Assembly: GCF_001194135.2 (NCBI RefSeq)
Contig: NC_068999.1
Span: forward strand, 11,741,130-11,782,167
DNA: 41,038 bases
From: Octopus bimaculoides
Taxonomy: Eukaryota
Direction of reading: 5' to 3'
Of this stretch, positions 1 to 9,689 are shown piece after piece. Numbering within the stretch: position 1 is the stretch's first letter; each line of letters starts with the position of its first letter. Under the pieces are notes generated by a model, which saw only the letters and a list, made by a program, of their open reading frames with translations, made no database searches and was not told where the DNA came from. Position numbers and translations under genes: made by a program.

Positions 1-35
<35 letters not shown>

Positions 36-922
36 ATGTATGTATATACGTAGATATATAGCTGTGTATTAGTAGCTGAAATACATTCGATGCTTTATTA
101 TAGTGTCACTTTTCCGTTCATTCATACGACTGAAAAAGGTCAGCGTCATGTCATGTATAATATATGAAAGCAAATACATATTGAAACAAGATTATTAACC
201 AAGATTTTTGAAAGATACCAGAAAATATATGTTACAAAACACGCTACGCTTTCATGGATTAGGTTCTCATCCGCAGAGCAAATTCTATGTTCGCGTTTTC
301 ACACATAGAACTTCGTGACATGATCAAGACCTTTATAATACCTGTAAAGCATACAAATCTAATGGCAATGCCTTTCATTGCTGTAGTTTTATTGTTAACG
401 AATAACTCACGTCTGTTGGTTAAAGTACAACTAACAAAACCAACATGTTGCATTGGAAACATTTTTGCTACATTGTATCAGAAAATACCTCAATACACAT
501 CGAAGGATATGTCTGCAAAAATTCACGAACTTTCATCGCTTTTCAGAATTGCAAAAAGCTGCAAAATTAAGCTTTGCTTTCAAGAGAGAATGCTCACAAG
601 TAATAAGTTACTTATTGCAAAGAACGATTATATTATTTTTGATATTATCTTTTAAGCGCCTGATTTATTTTGTTAGTAACGTAACAATGCATTGTTTGAG
701 GGTTTGAACATATAATCGCATATTGTGATATTCTGTTTGTTAAAGGGCATTACATTCTTTTTTTGCTTTACTGTTGCTTCCAAGGTGATCGTTAGCTTCA
801 CAAAAGATGGTACCTTTAGCATTTTTCTAATATTCGATCAAAATTCATTCTATCTCAAACAAAATGTCACAATCTATGTGTTAGAGTGCGTGTGTATATG
901 TGTGTGTACGTGTGTGTTTGAG

Positions 923-959
<37 letters not shown>

Positions 960-1377
960 NNNNNNNNNNNNNNNNNNNNNNNNNNNNNNNNNNNNNNNNN
1001 NNNNNNNNNNNNNNNNNNNNNNNNNNNNNNNNNNNNNNNNNNNNNNNNNNNNNNNNNNNNNNNNNNNNNNNNNNNNNNNNNNNNNNNNNNNNNNNNNNNN
1101 NNNNNNNNNNNNNNNNNNNNNNNNNNNNNNNNNNNNNNNNNNNNNNNNNNNNNNNNNNNNNNNNNNNNNNNNNNNNNNNNNNNNNNNNNNNNNNNNNNNN
1201 NNNNNNNNNNNNNNNNNNNNNNNTATACATACATACTGTCCCAAATGTTACTGATGAGTTTTAATTTTTAATGACTTCCTTAACTTTACAAATAAATGCA
1301 AGAAATGTTGATACAATATAAAGGATAGAAAGGAAATTAATATGTATGCGTCAAATTTTGCAAAACTACCGTATCAC

Positions 1378-1735
1378 ATATAGAAAACGACATCGCTTAA
1401 ACGTCAGCCATTTTCGGATGCGCACGCCCGTGCTCTTTGGAAAACTTGCACGATATCACCCTCAAGAGTTTCATACCCCACTTCTCTGATTTCACTATTC
1501 ATGTTCTCCTTCATTTGCACCAGGCTCTCCGTTTTGTTGACGTATAGACCCTGTCATTCAGGTATCCCCACAAGAAAAAAATCAGGGCTATTCAAGTCAG
1601 AGGAACGTGAAGGCCAGTTGACACTGCCAGGAGCTAGAGATTATTCCCCCTTCAAAGCACTACCGTGGCAACTGTATTATTTCTTTTGCGATATCAACAG
1701 TTTCCCGAACTGACTGGATCCATGTGAATGGCAGG
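1378..1735 (-). mobile_element. Decayed Tc1/mariner-superfamily transposase, C-terminal part (frameshifted pseudogene)
   Basis: Manual minus-strand translation across frameshifts gives ...GIIS/GSVNWPSRSSDLNSPDFF/LWGYLNDRVY/VNKTESLVQMKENMNSEIREVGYETLEGDIVQVFQRARACASENG*RLSDVVF. This matches the WPPRSPDLNPxDFFLWGYLKxxVY motif and C-terminal helix of IS630/Tc1/mariner transposases. Confidence 0.88.
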
Positions 1736-1896
1736 AAGTACAAAGGTCAGAAACCCTCAAAGAAATTCCAACTTTGTCTGATTTTCGCGTTGTATTTACA
1801 ATCTAATAATAATATAACATAACATAGTATAATATAATATAATATGATATAATATAATGTAATGAAATGATAGAATATTAAATGTTTATTCTGATA

Positions 1897-1939
1897 GAAC
1901 TAGTACTTTCATGCATTACATTACGCAATCTTCAGGTTC
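1897..1939 (-). ncRNA. Minimal type-I hammerhead ribozyme motif (canonical CUGAAGA core)
   Basis: Minus strand reads GAAC-CUGAAGA-U-UGCGU-AAUGUA-AUGCA-U-GAAA-G-UA-C-UA/GUUC. Stem I is GAAC:GUUC, stem II is 5 bp, stem III is palindromic (AGUACU), and the cleavage triplet is CUA. Confidence 0.72.
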
Positions 1940-2062
1940 ATGTAGTTGTGGCGACAGATTTTTTATATAGGGAGAATTCACAAACAAAAGAATGAAAGAC
2001 AAAGACAGGTGGTGTAGACAACAAACAGATGTATTAGTATAACGCTCGGGAAGTGAAAAAGA

Positions 2063-2098
2063 CTTCAACGTTTCGAGCTGACGCTCTTCCACAGAAAA
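2063..2098 (-). ncRNA. Hammerhead-like motif with variant core (CUGUGGA)
   Basis: Minus strand reads UUUU-CUGUGGA-A-GAGC-GUCA-GCUC-GAAA-CGUU/GAAG. Stem II is perfect, stem III is palindromic ACGU, stem I is weak, and the core differs from CUGANGA at A6. Confidence 0.48.
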
Positions 2099-2106
2099 GA
2101 ACACAG

Positions 2107-2125
2107 ATATATATATATATATATG

Positions 2126-2177
<52 letters not shown>

Positions 2178-2267
2178 TGTGTATGTGTTTTTACAATAAA
2201 TTAAAGAATAAAAGTAGGATCATATATATATATATGTACGCACACACAAGTACACAAGTACGCACAC

Positions 2268-2297
<30 letters not shown>
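2107..2297. repeat. Compound dinucleotide microsatellites (TA)n/(TG)n ... (CA)n
   Basis: Read directly from the sequence. Confidence 0.95.
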
Positions 2298-2298
<1 letters not shown>

Positions 2299-2640
2299 GA
2301 GGTTGGTGATATACTTTTATCAAAAATCTGACTCAAAGACACGTCGTATGATTTTACAACGTTTGATAAGGTCAACGGTATCAAAGAATGTAATATTTTT
2401 TGCTCTTATTTACTATGATTCTAATAACCAAGAAAAAACATCTTTGGATTGTTGACATTCATAGAGTAAAGTTCCCAGAGAAGGTAATTTAGATGATCAG
2501 CGAAATCGAATATATTTTCTGGGTTAGGTCTAAATCGTTTCGACCTTGCCCGAAATGTCGGTCCTTCTCTTCGTGGTAAAGTTTACTAAACGTTAGCGTT
2601 ACTGATGTATTTTAGTTACCATTACTAGTTAATATGAGTA

Positions 2641-2975
2641 TTGTGTCATACTTGTGTTAGTGGTGATGGTAGTGCTGGCGGTGGCGGTGCTGGTGCCGGT
2701 GGTGGTAGTTCTAATAAAAATAATAATTTTAGTAGTAGTGTAGTGGTGGTGGTGGTGGTGGTGGTGGTGGTGCATCCCGTAGTTGTTGTAGTTATAGCAC
2801 AAGTAGCAACAGTAATGGTGGTGGTTGTAGTAGTGGTGGTTGCGGTGACTGTGCTAGTAGTATTAGTAGTTGTAGTAGTATCAAGGGGTAGCTGTGGTCA
2901 CGGTGACTATGGTCATAGTAGTACTGATGGAGGCAGTGGTGGCGTTGATGGTGATTTGGTGGTGGCAGCAGCAGC

Positions 2976-3019
<44 letters not shown>

Positions 3020-3242
3020 CAGCAGCATCAGCAGCAGCACAGCTAATGTTTTATTCTTGTTTTTTTTCATATTTTTGTTTCTAATATTCCTACTGTTGTT
3101 GTTGTTGTTTCTGTTGTTGTTGGTGGTGTTGTTGTTGTTGTTGTTGTTAATATATTAATGTTGCCGAATCTGCAGTTCCTGCGAAATTGTTATTGTTGTT
3201 GGTAGTTGTTGGTTGTTGTTCTGAAGCTGCTGTTGATGCTTA

Positions 3243-3289
<47 letters not shown>

Positions 3290-3325
3290 GTTATTGTTAT
3301 TATTCATTATTATTATTATTATTAA

Positions 3326-3359
<34 letters not shown>

Positions 3360-3391
3360 GTTGTTGTTGTTGTTGTTGTTATTGTAATTAT

Positions 3392-3443
<52 letters not shown>

Positions 3444-4025
3444 CGTGGTTGTTGTTGTTGTTGTTATTGACTATTCTGTTGTTGTTGTTGTTAGTCTTGT
3501 TCTTGTTGCTCGATCCCTCTTTTTTTTATTATTATTGTTGCTCACGACGTTTCTTGCAATTAACAAGTCNNNNNNNNNNNNNNNNNNNNNNNNNNNNNNN
3601 NNNNNNNNNNNNNNNNNNNNNNNNNNNNNNNNNNNNNNNNNNNNNNNNNNNNNNNNNNNNNNNNNNNNNNNNNNNNNNNNNNNNNNNNNNNNNNNNNNNN
3701 NNNNNNNNNNNNNNNNNNNNNNNNNNNNNNNNNNNNNNNNNNNNNNNNNNNNNNNNNNNNNNNNNNNNNNNNNNNNNNNNNNNNNNNNNNNNNNNNNNNN
3801 NNNNNNNNNNNNNNNNNNNNNNNNNNNNNNNNNNNNNNNNNNNNNNNNNNNNNNNNNNNNNNNNNNNNNNNNNNNNNNNNNNNNNNNNNNNNNNNNNNNN
3901 NNNNNNNNNNNNNNNNNNNNNNNCACCACCATCACCACCACCACCACCACCACCACCATCACCACCACCACCAATACTACCAACACCAACAATCTGATTC
4001 ACCGACGCAACTTTTGCTGCTGCCG

Positions 4026-4060
<35 letters not shown>

Positions 4061-4200
4061 GGTTATAACAATGGCAATAACAACAACAACAATAATAATA
4101 ATAATACCAGCACAACCACCACGCTTCCGTTTATAACCTCACCGTCACCATCATCATCATCATCATCATTATCATTATCATCATCATCATCATCAAACAT
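2641..4200. repeat. Compound trinucleotide microsatellite field (GTG/GTA/GCA/GTT/TTA, then CAC/CTA/AAC/CAT), spanning a gap
   Basis: Read directly from the sequence. It explains the poly-V/L/Y/T ORFs. Confidence 0.95.
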
Positions 4201-4546
4201 GTTTGTACCACTACAATAACTACTCCCACAGTTAAACTTTCACATACGCGCCCACACGCGCCCACACACACGCACACGCACACGCACAATCATACTATTA
4301 GCACTAACCACACATTTCCATTCACCATTGTCATCATTGCCTGCCATCACTACTGCATCATGATGAAGGATCCTGCATCGGTTGCAACGACGATTGCTCA
4401 AGTGTTTGATCACGTGAACTACTGGCCGAAACCATGACCGTCACTCGCGAGAGAGTGTGGCATGAAAATATTCACATCTATACTCGTTCATCATTGTTGT
4501 TATTGAATGAATGTTAAATTAATAATAGAACAATTGCAGCGTTGAA

Positions 4547-4783
4547 GGTGTTTATAAGCCATTTCAGAAACACAGATAAACCGTTAGATTCACTTCAACA
4601 TTCAAATTTAATTTGCCGAAATATTTTCGTCGCTTTGAGACCTTGACCTGTTCACTGACCACGGAATTTTGTCAGTGAACAGGTTGCGGTCTCAAAACGA
4701 CGAAAATATTTTGGCAAATTAAATTTAAATGTTGAAGTGAATCTAACGGTTTATCTGTGTTTCTTAAATGGCTTATAAACACC
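4547..4783. repeat. 237-bp foldback palindrome (113-bp arms, 11-nt loop), MITE-like
   Basis: The left arm 4547-4659 is the reverse complement of the right arm 4671-4783, with about 7 mismatches counted by eye. A 21-nt piece of the right end recurs at 8342-8362. Confidence 0.9.
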
Positions 4784-4811
4784 GAATCCCATCGCTACCA
4801 TGTCGTTCACT

Positions 4812-5180
4812 GGAGGCCCAATGCTCCAGTTGTTAGGGCAGCGGACTTGCGGTCATAGGATCGCGGTTTCGATTCCCAGTTGTGAGTGTTTATTGAGCGA
4901 AAGCACCTAAAGCTCCACGGGGCTCCGGCAGGGGATGGTGGTGAACCCTTCTGTACTCTTCGACCACAACTTTCTCTCACTCTTAGTTTCTGTTTTTGTT
5001 GAACCTGTAATTCAAAGGGTTATCCTTGTCACACTGTGTCACGCTGAACTACGTTAAGGGTACACGTGTCTGTGGAGTGCTCAGCAACTTGCACGTTAAT
5101 TTCACGAGCAGGCTGTTCCGTTGATCGAATCAACTGGAACCATCGACGTCGTAAGCGACGGAGTGCCACCAACAACAACA
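4812..5180 (+). mobile_element. tRNA-derived SINE, family B1, near full length with (AAC)n tail
   Basis: tRNA-like head (ggaggcccaatgctccagttgttagggcagcgg...ggtttcgattccc). Homologous inverted copy at 6059-6427, and 3' tail shared with 5711-6031. Confidence 0.88.
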
Positions 5181-5194
5181 TGTTGTTCAGGAAT

Positions 5195-5690
5195 GTGCTT
5201 CATCACATTTTCTTTGGTTTATCACTCAGTCTTTGTCTTCTTCCGGTGTACATTCCATCACGATCGTAACATACCTCTCCGGCGGTAATCACTACATGGA
5301 CTGTAAACCTTATCCGCCACTTAGACACTATATCATACGAACTTCATGTGTTAACTCTTCTCATCTGTCTTCGTGTATCACCCTGTCCCGTTAAGAGATA
5401 CTCAGGATTGAACGTAGGAAATGTCGATGGAACATGTCCAGCAACTAAGAAATCTTCGCTGTCTTCTAGATTTCACAGGCGCAGATGTCTGATTGTATAG
5501 CAATAAATAAGCATAGCAGTATCGTAAGAATATAGCTACAGGTTTATCTTCTTGCTGATGGTCTTCGATCTCCATATTGGACGATTTCGTTGGGATGCAG
5601 ACGTTCTGTTACCTATCTAAGACTTGACTTCAAATCCTGCATCTTCCTCGTTGGGAGTACAGCTTCTGAGATAATTAAACGTATCGATAG
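5195..5690 (-). mobile_element. Decayed RTE-clade LINE fragment (RT C-terminal region)
   Basis: Minus-strand translation gives FNYLRS...EVKS*IG...IWRSKTISKK...LDMFHRHFLRSILSIS*RDRVIHE. This matches the FxYLGS / IWxSxxIS / FHRRCLRxILxIxWxDRVxNE motifs of RTE LINE ORFs. Contains stops and frameshifts. Confidence 0.8.
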
Positions 5691-5710
5691 ATAGATACAT
5701 ATACACAGGG

Positions 5711-6031
5711 AACACTCCGTCGGTTACGACGACGAGGGTCCCAGCTGATACGATCAACGGAACAGATTGTTCGTGAAATTAACGTGCAAGTGGCTGAGCA
5801 CTCCACAGACACCTGTCCCCTTAACTTAGTTCTCAGGGAGTTTCAGCGTGACCCAGAATGTGATAAGGCTGGCCCTTTTAGATACAGGTACTACTCATTT
5901 TTGTCAGCTGAGTCGACTGGAGCAACGTGAAATAAAGTGTCTTGCTCAAGGACACAACGTGTCGCCGGGAACTGAACTCACGACCTTACTATCGTGAGCC
6001 GAATGCCGTAAACACTAAGCCGCGAGCCTTC
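5711..6031 (-). mobile_element. tRNA-derived SINE, family B2 (different head and core, same 3' tail as B1)
   Basis: Minus-strand head gaaggctcgcggcttagtgtttacggcattcgg...gagttcagttcccgg, central tgtgtccttgagcaagacacttt block, and a 3' ~170 nt homologous to the tail of 4812-5180. Confidence 0.85.
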
Positions 6032-6058
6032 ACACATATATACATATATATGAGCGTG

Positions 6059-6427
6059 TCACTCCGTCGGTTACGACCCGAGGGTGCCAGCTGATCCGAT
6101 TAACGGAACAGCCTGCTCGGGAAATTAACGTGCAAGTGGTTGAGTACTCCACAGACACGTGTACCCTTAATGTAGTTCTCAAGGAGATTGAGCGTGACAC
6201 AGAGTGTGACAAGGCTGACCCCTTTGAAATGATAGTACACGAGAAACAGTAAGAAGGAGTGAGAGAAAATTGTGGTGAAAGAGTACAACAAACTTCGCTA
6301 CCACCTCCTGCCGGAGCCTCGTCGAGCTTTAGGTGTTTTCGCTCAACAAACACTCACAACGCCCGGTCTGGGAACTGAAACCGTGATCCTACGACCGCTG
6401 CCCTAACCACTGGGCAATTGCGCCTCC
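6059..6427 (-). mobile_element. tRNA-derived SINE, family B1
   Basis: Alignable by eye over its whole length to the reverse complement of 4812-5170. Head ggaggcgcaattgcccagtggttagggcagcgg. Confidence 0.88.
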
Positions 6428-6789
6428 GAAAATACAAATACACATATACACAACATTCATGTATATATTCACAAACACAAACTAAACTAAACTATAATGT
6501 TTCGGTCCTCAAAAGCCAAAGACCAAGTCTGACTTTTTAGAAGAATCACCTGATACATTGTGTTCAGTCATGTTTAATTCAAGTCTCGTTTAATCCAAGC
6601 CAGTCAATGCCCATCCAAGCAGAGATGTAGATGTTGACTGAGATATAATCAGGTATAAATGATTTCTTTGCTACCCCTTTGGTGTAGGTTGTCATGAAGG
6701 ATACAACACCCGGATATGAAGCTGGTAGCGGCAGCGATGGTGAGATGATAGAAAAAAGCTTTAGTGGAGATGATCTTGTAGTTCATAGT

Positions 6790-6829
6790 TGTGGTGGTAG
6801 CCATGATGGTGGTGTTGGTGATGGTGTTG

Positions 6830-6897
<68 letters not shown>

Positions 6898-7620
6898 TGT
6901 AGTAGTAGTAGTAGTAGTCGTGTTCCTGTTAGTGATGTTGTTCCTGTTGGTGGTGGTGTCTGTTTTAATGTCGGCACAAGTAATCTTGCGTGTTAGTAGT
7001 ATTAGTGGTATTGTTGTTGTTGTTGGTGGTGGTGGCGATGGTAGTAGTGGTGGTGGTGGTGGCGGCGAAGGTGGTGGTGATGGTAGTAGCAGCAGTTGTA
7101 GTAGAGCCAACACGAGTCAGTGAAGTATTACGAGACTGCAGAGGCGGCGGTGGTGACGGTGGTGGTGGTGGCGACGGAGGCAACAGTGGTGGCNNNNNNN
7201 NNNNNNNNNNNNNNNNNNNNNNNNNNNNNNNNNNNNNNNNNNNNNNNNNNNNNNNNNNNNNNNNNNNNNNNNNNNNNNNNNNNNNNNNNNNNNNNNNNNN
7301 NNNNNNNNNNNNNNNNNNNNNNNNNNNNNNNNNNNNNNNNNNNNNNNNNNNNNNNNNNNNNNNNNNNNNNNNNNNNNNNNNNNNNNNNNNNNNNNNNNNN
7401 NNNNNNNNNNNNNNNNNNNNNNNNNNNNNNNNNNNNNNNNNNNNNNNNNNNNNNNNNNNNNNNNNNNNNNNNNNNNNNNNNNNNNNNNNNNNNNNNNNNN
7501 NNNNNNNNNNNNNNNNNNNNNNNNNNNNNNNNNNNNNNNNNNNNNNNNNNNNNNNNNNNNNNNNNNNNNNNNNNNNNNNNNTCACAGTATTGGCGGTGGT
7601 GGTGGTGGTGGTGGTGTTAG
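6790..7620. repeat. Compound (GTA)n/(GGT)n/(GTT)n microsatellite field spanning a gap
   Basis: Read directly from the sequence. Confidence 0.95.
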
Positions 7621-7678
7621 TAATGGTTTAAAATGCTAGCATAGTGGAAGCTCTTAATGGGGATATATGCATGGATAT

Positions 7679-7902
7679 ATTTGAGGGGTGCCTGAAACGT
7701 TTCTCGCGTTAAGTGTGTCGCGAAAGGCCGGGCTCGAGACCAAAGCTTCCGAGTTCTTTTACAGAGATTCGAAAACCTGAAGGATCGCTGCAATAAGTGT
7801 GTGAATCTGAGAGGGGAACATGTTGAATAAAATCATAATTAACTGATCCTCCAGTATATTCTTTTACCGAAAACCGAGAAGTTTTCAGTACTCTGTTGTG
7901 TA
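7679..7902 (+). mobile_element. Internally deleted mariner element (MITE-like remnant)
   Basis: 7771-7830 encodes ENLKDRCNKCVNLRGEHVE*, the typical mariner C-terminus (LxxRWxKCxxxxGxYVE*), preceded by SEFFYRD. The ends gaggggtgcctgaaacgtttctcg and gagaagttttcagtactctgttgta are degenerate inverted repeats next to TA. Confidence 0.7.
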
Positions 7903-8014
7903 TACATATGTATACACACACACACACACGCGCGCGCGCGCGCGCACACACACATAGACACATGCACACGTGTATATATGAGTGTGTGTGAGTGCGTTTG
8001 TCTCATGCTATTAT

Positions 8015-8170
8015 TTTGGCAACCGGTGTTGGTCTGTTCACATCCCGTAACTTAGTATTTCTGCAAGGACCCGACTTGAAGACAAAAAAACGTACTGATC
8101 TCTATTTATTCGATTAAACCGTTTAAGGAGGTGCTCGAGCATGGGCGTAGTCCAGTGACTGAATGAAGTC
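8015..8170 (+). mobile_element. 3' fragment of SINE family C
   Basis: caaccggtgttggtctgttcacatcccgtaacttag resembles caaccgatgatggtgtatttatgtccccgtaatatag in the copy at 29559-29830. Confidence 0.6.
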
Positions 8171-8200
8171 AAATATTAAAGTAAAATTGCGTAGACAGAA

Positions 8201-8321
8201 CTTTGCCTCTCATCCTTTTGGAGTCGATAAATTAAGTACCAGTTGCGTACTGTTGTCGATCTAATCGACTGCCCTGCATCCCACAAAGAATTTGGACCTT
8301 GTGCCTAGAGAAGGAAAGAAT
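8201..8321 (+). mobile_element. 3' half of tRNA-derived SINE family A
   Basis: ctttgcctctcatcc...gtcgataaattaagtaccag...ccttgtgcctagag matches the other family A copies in the window. Confidence 0.85.
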
Positions 8322-8413
8322 ATTTGTAATGTCGTAAGGCATTAAATGGCTTATACACACCGACTCAGGAAGACACAACTTTATTTTCGTGTTAGCGAGA
8401 GTATTTCTGTCAG

Positions 8414-8524
8414 ATTCTTTTCTACTCTAGGCACAAGGCCCGAAATTTTGGGGGAGGGAGCCAGTCGATTAGATCGACTCCAGTACGCACCTGGGACTTA
8501 ATTTGTGGACCACGAATGGATGAA
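8414..8524 (-). mobile_element. 3' half of SINE family A (inverted relative to 8201-8321)
   Basis: Reverse complement of the same tail (ctctaggcacaagg...gtcgattagatcgac). Confidence 0.85.
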
Positions 8525-8837
8525 TACTGTCAGATTACAAACAACCGAAACAGATAGCACAAGAAACCTTACTCCTTGCAGAGGAGGTCTTGATACATTG
8601 CCTTCTGGAACATCATATTCAAATACTATTTATCTTTAAAATGGAAAGTTGGTGATTGTTACATAGCGGGATGAGAGACTACGTAAAACATCCCTGAGTA
8701 TGTAGAAGGTTAATTTTAATAGAGTGACTTTAGGTGAAGTACAAATGATGTGTTGTGATGTTCATGCTTCTTTTATTTCAGTTAAAAAATTTTTTTTTTC
8801 TCTAACGAGTAAATTATACTTGCTGAATGATTACAGT

Positions 8838-8870
<33 letters not shown>

Positions 8871-8949
8871 CTCTACGAATGCGTTGTTGACGCTACTTTC
8901 TCGGTGGTTTCCTGTTGACATCTTTTTTCACTTTTTCGCTGAAATTAGT

Positions 8950-8974
8950 CTGCTGGTATTATTAATACCAGCAG
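8950..8974. repeat. Perfect 12-bp inverted repeat with 1-nt spacer
   Basis: CTGCTGGTATTA-T-TAATACCAGCAG, read directly. Confidence 0.9.
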
Positions 8975-9157
8975 CAACACAGCCACAACTGCCGTCACAC
9001 TACACCTCCGTAGTCATCAGCATCATCATCATCATCATGGTCGTCGTCATCATTATGGCGCCTTCGCTGTAGTCGTCGTCGTCGTCGTCGTCATCATCAT
9101 CATCATCATGTCAGTTGATGTCGCTTGCATCGTATTCCATTATTTACAATGTGTTAC

Positions 9158-9201
<44 letters not shown>

Positions 9202-9582
9202 GGAGAGATTGAGTGAGTGAGAGAGTGAGTGAGTGAGTGAGTGAGTGAGTGAGTGAGGAGGTATTTGTGTCCGTGTGTGTAGACGTACATTAAAAGATAA
9301 ATTGATAGATTGACAGAAAGATAGAGAGATGCATATATAATATATACATACGTATNNNNNNNNNNNNNNNNNNNNNNNNNNNNNNNNNNNNNNNNNNNNN
9401 NNNNNNNNNNNNNNNNNNNNNNNNNNNNNNNNNNNNNNNNNNNNNNNNNNNNNNNNNNNNNNNNNNNNNNNNNNNNNNNNNNNNNNNNNNNNNNNNNNNN
9501 NNNNNNNNNNNNNNNNNNNNNNNNNNNNATATATATATATATATACGTACTTTATTTAAAAGCAGCAGAAATATAACAAAAG

Positions 9583-9622
9583 ACTGTTACTCTGAGTTTC
9601 ACGCTCAAGTTCATCGGACAGT
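9583..9622 (-). ncRNA. Minimal type-I hammerhead motif with CCGAUGA core, in a short element next to (TA)n
   Basis: Minus strand reads ACUGU-CCGAUGA-AC-UUGAGC-GU-GAAA-CUC-A-GAG-UA/ACAGU. Stem I is a perfect 5 bp, stem III has a 1-nt loop, and the triplet is GUA. An AATAAA follows on the same strand before the (TA)n. Confidence 0.68.
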
Positions 9623-9689
9623 TTTGTTAGACGTATGTTTTTTTAAGTTTTATTTACTTTGCACTCCGTATCCCACAATTCCCTTCGAC

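Larger units (their letters stand above)
1897..2106 (-). mobile_element. Short non-autonomous element(s) carrying two hammerhead motifs, Penelope-like pseudo-LTR type
   Basis: About 210 bp of complex sequence between AT-rich simple repeats, with a hammerhead motif near each end and no ORF. Assignment to Penelope-like elements is inferred from the minimal hammerhead architecture. Confidence 0.5.

Noticed and set aside
510-550. Hammerhead-like CTGAAAA...GAAA on the minus strand
   Set aside because: The core lacks G8 and there is no stem II.
287-655. 122-aa non-repetitive ORF (plus), overlapped by two other short ORFs
   Set aside because: No recognisable domain, motif or splice context. One ORF of this length is not unexpected across six frames of a 41-kb window.
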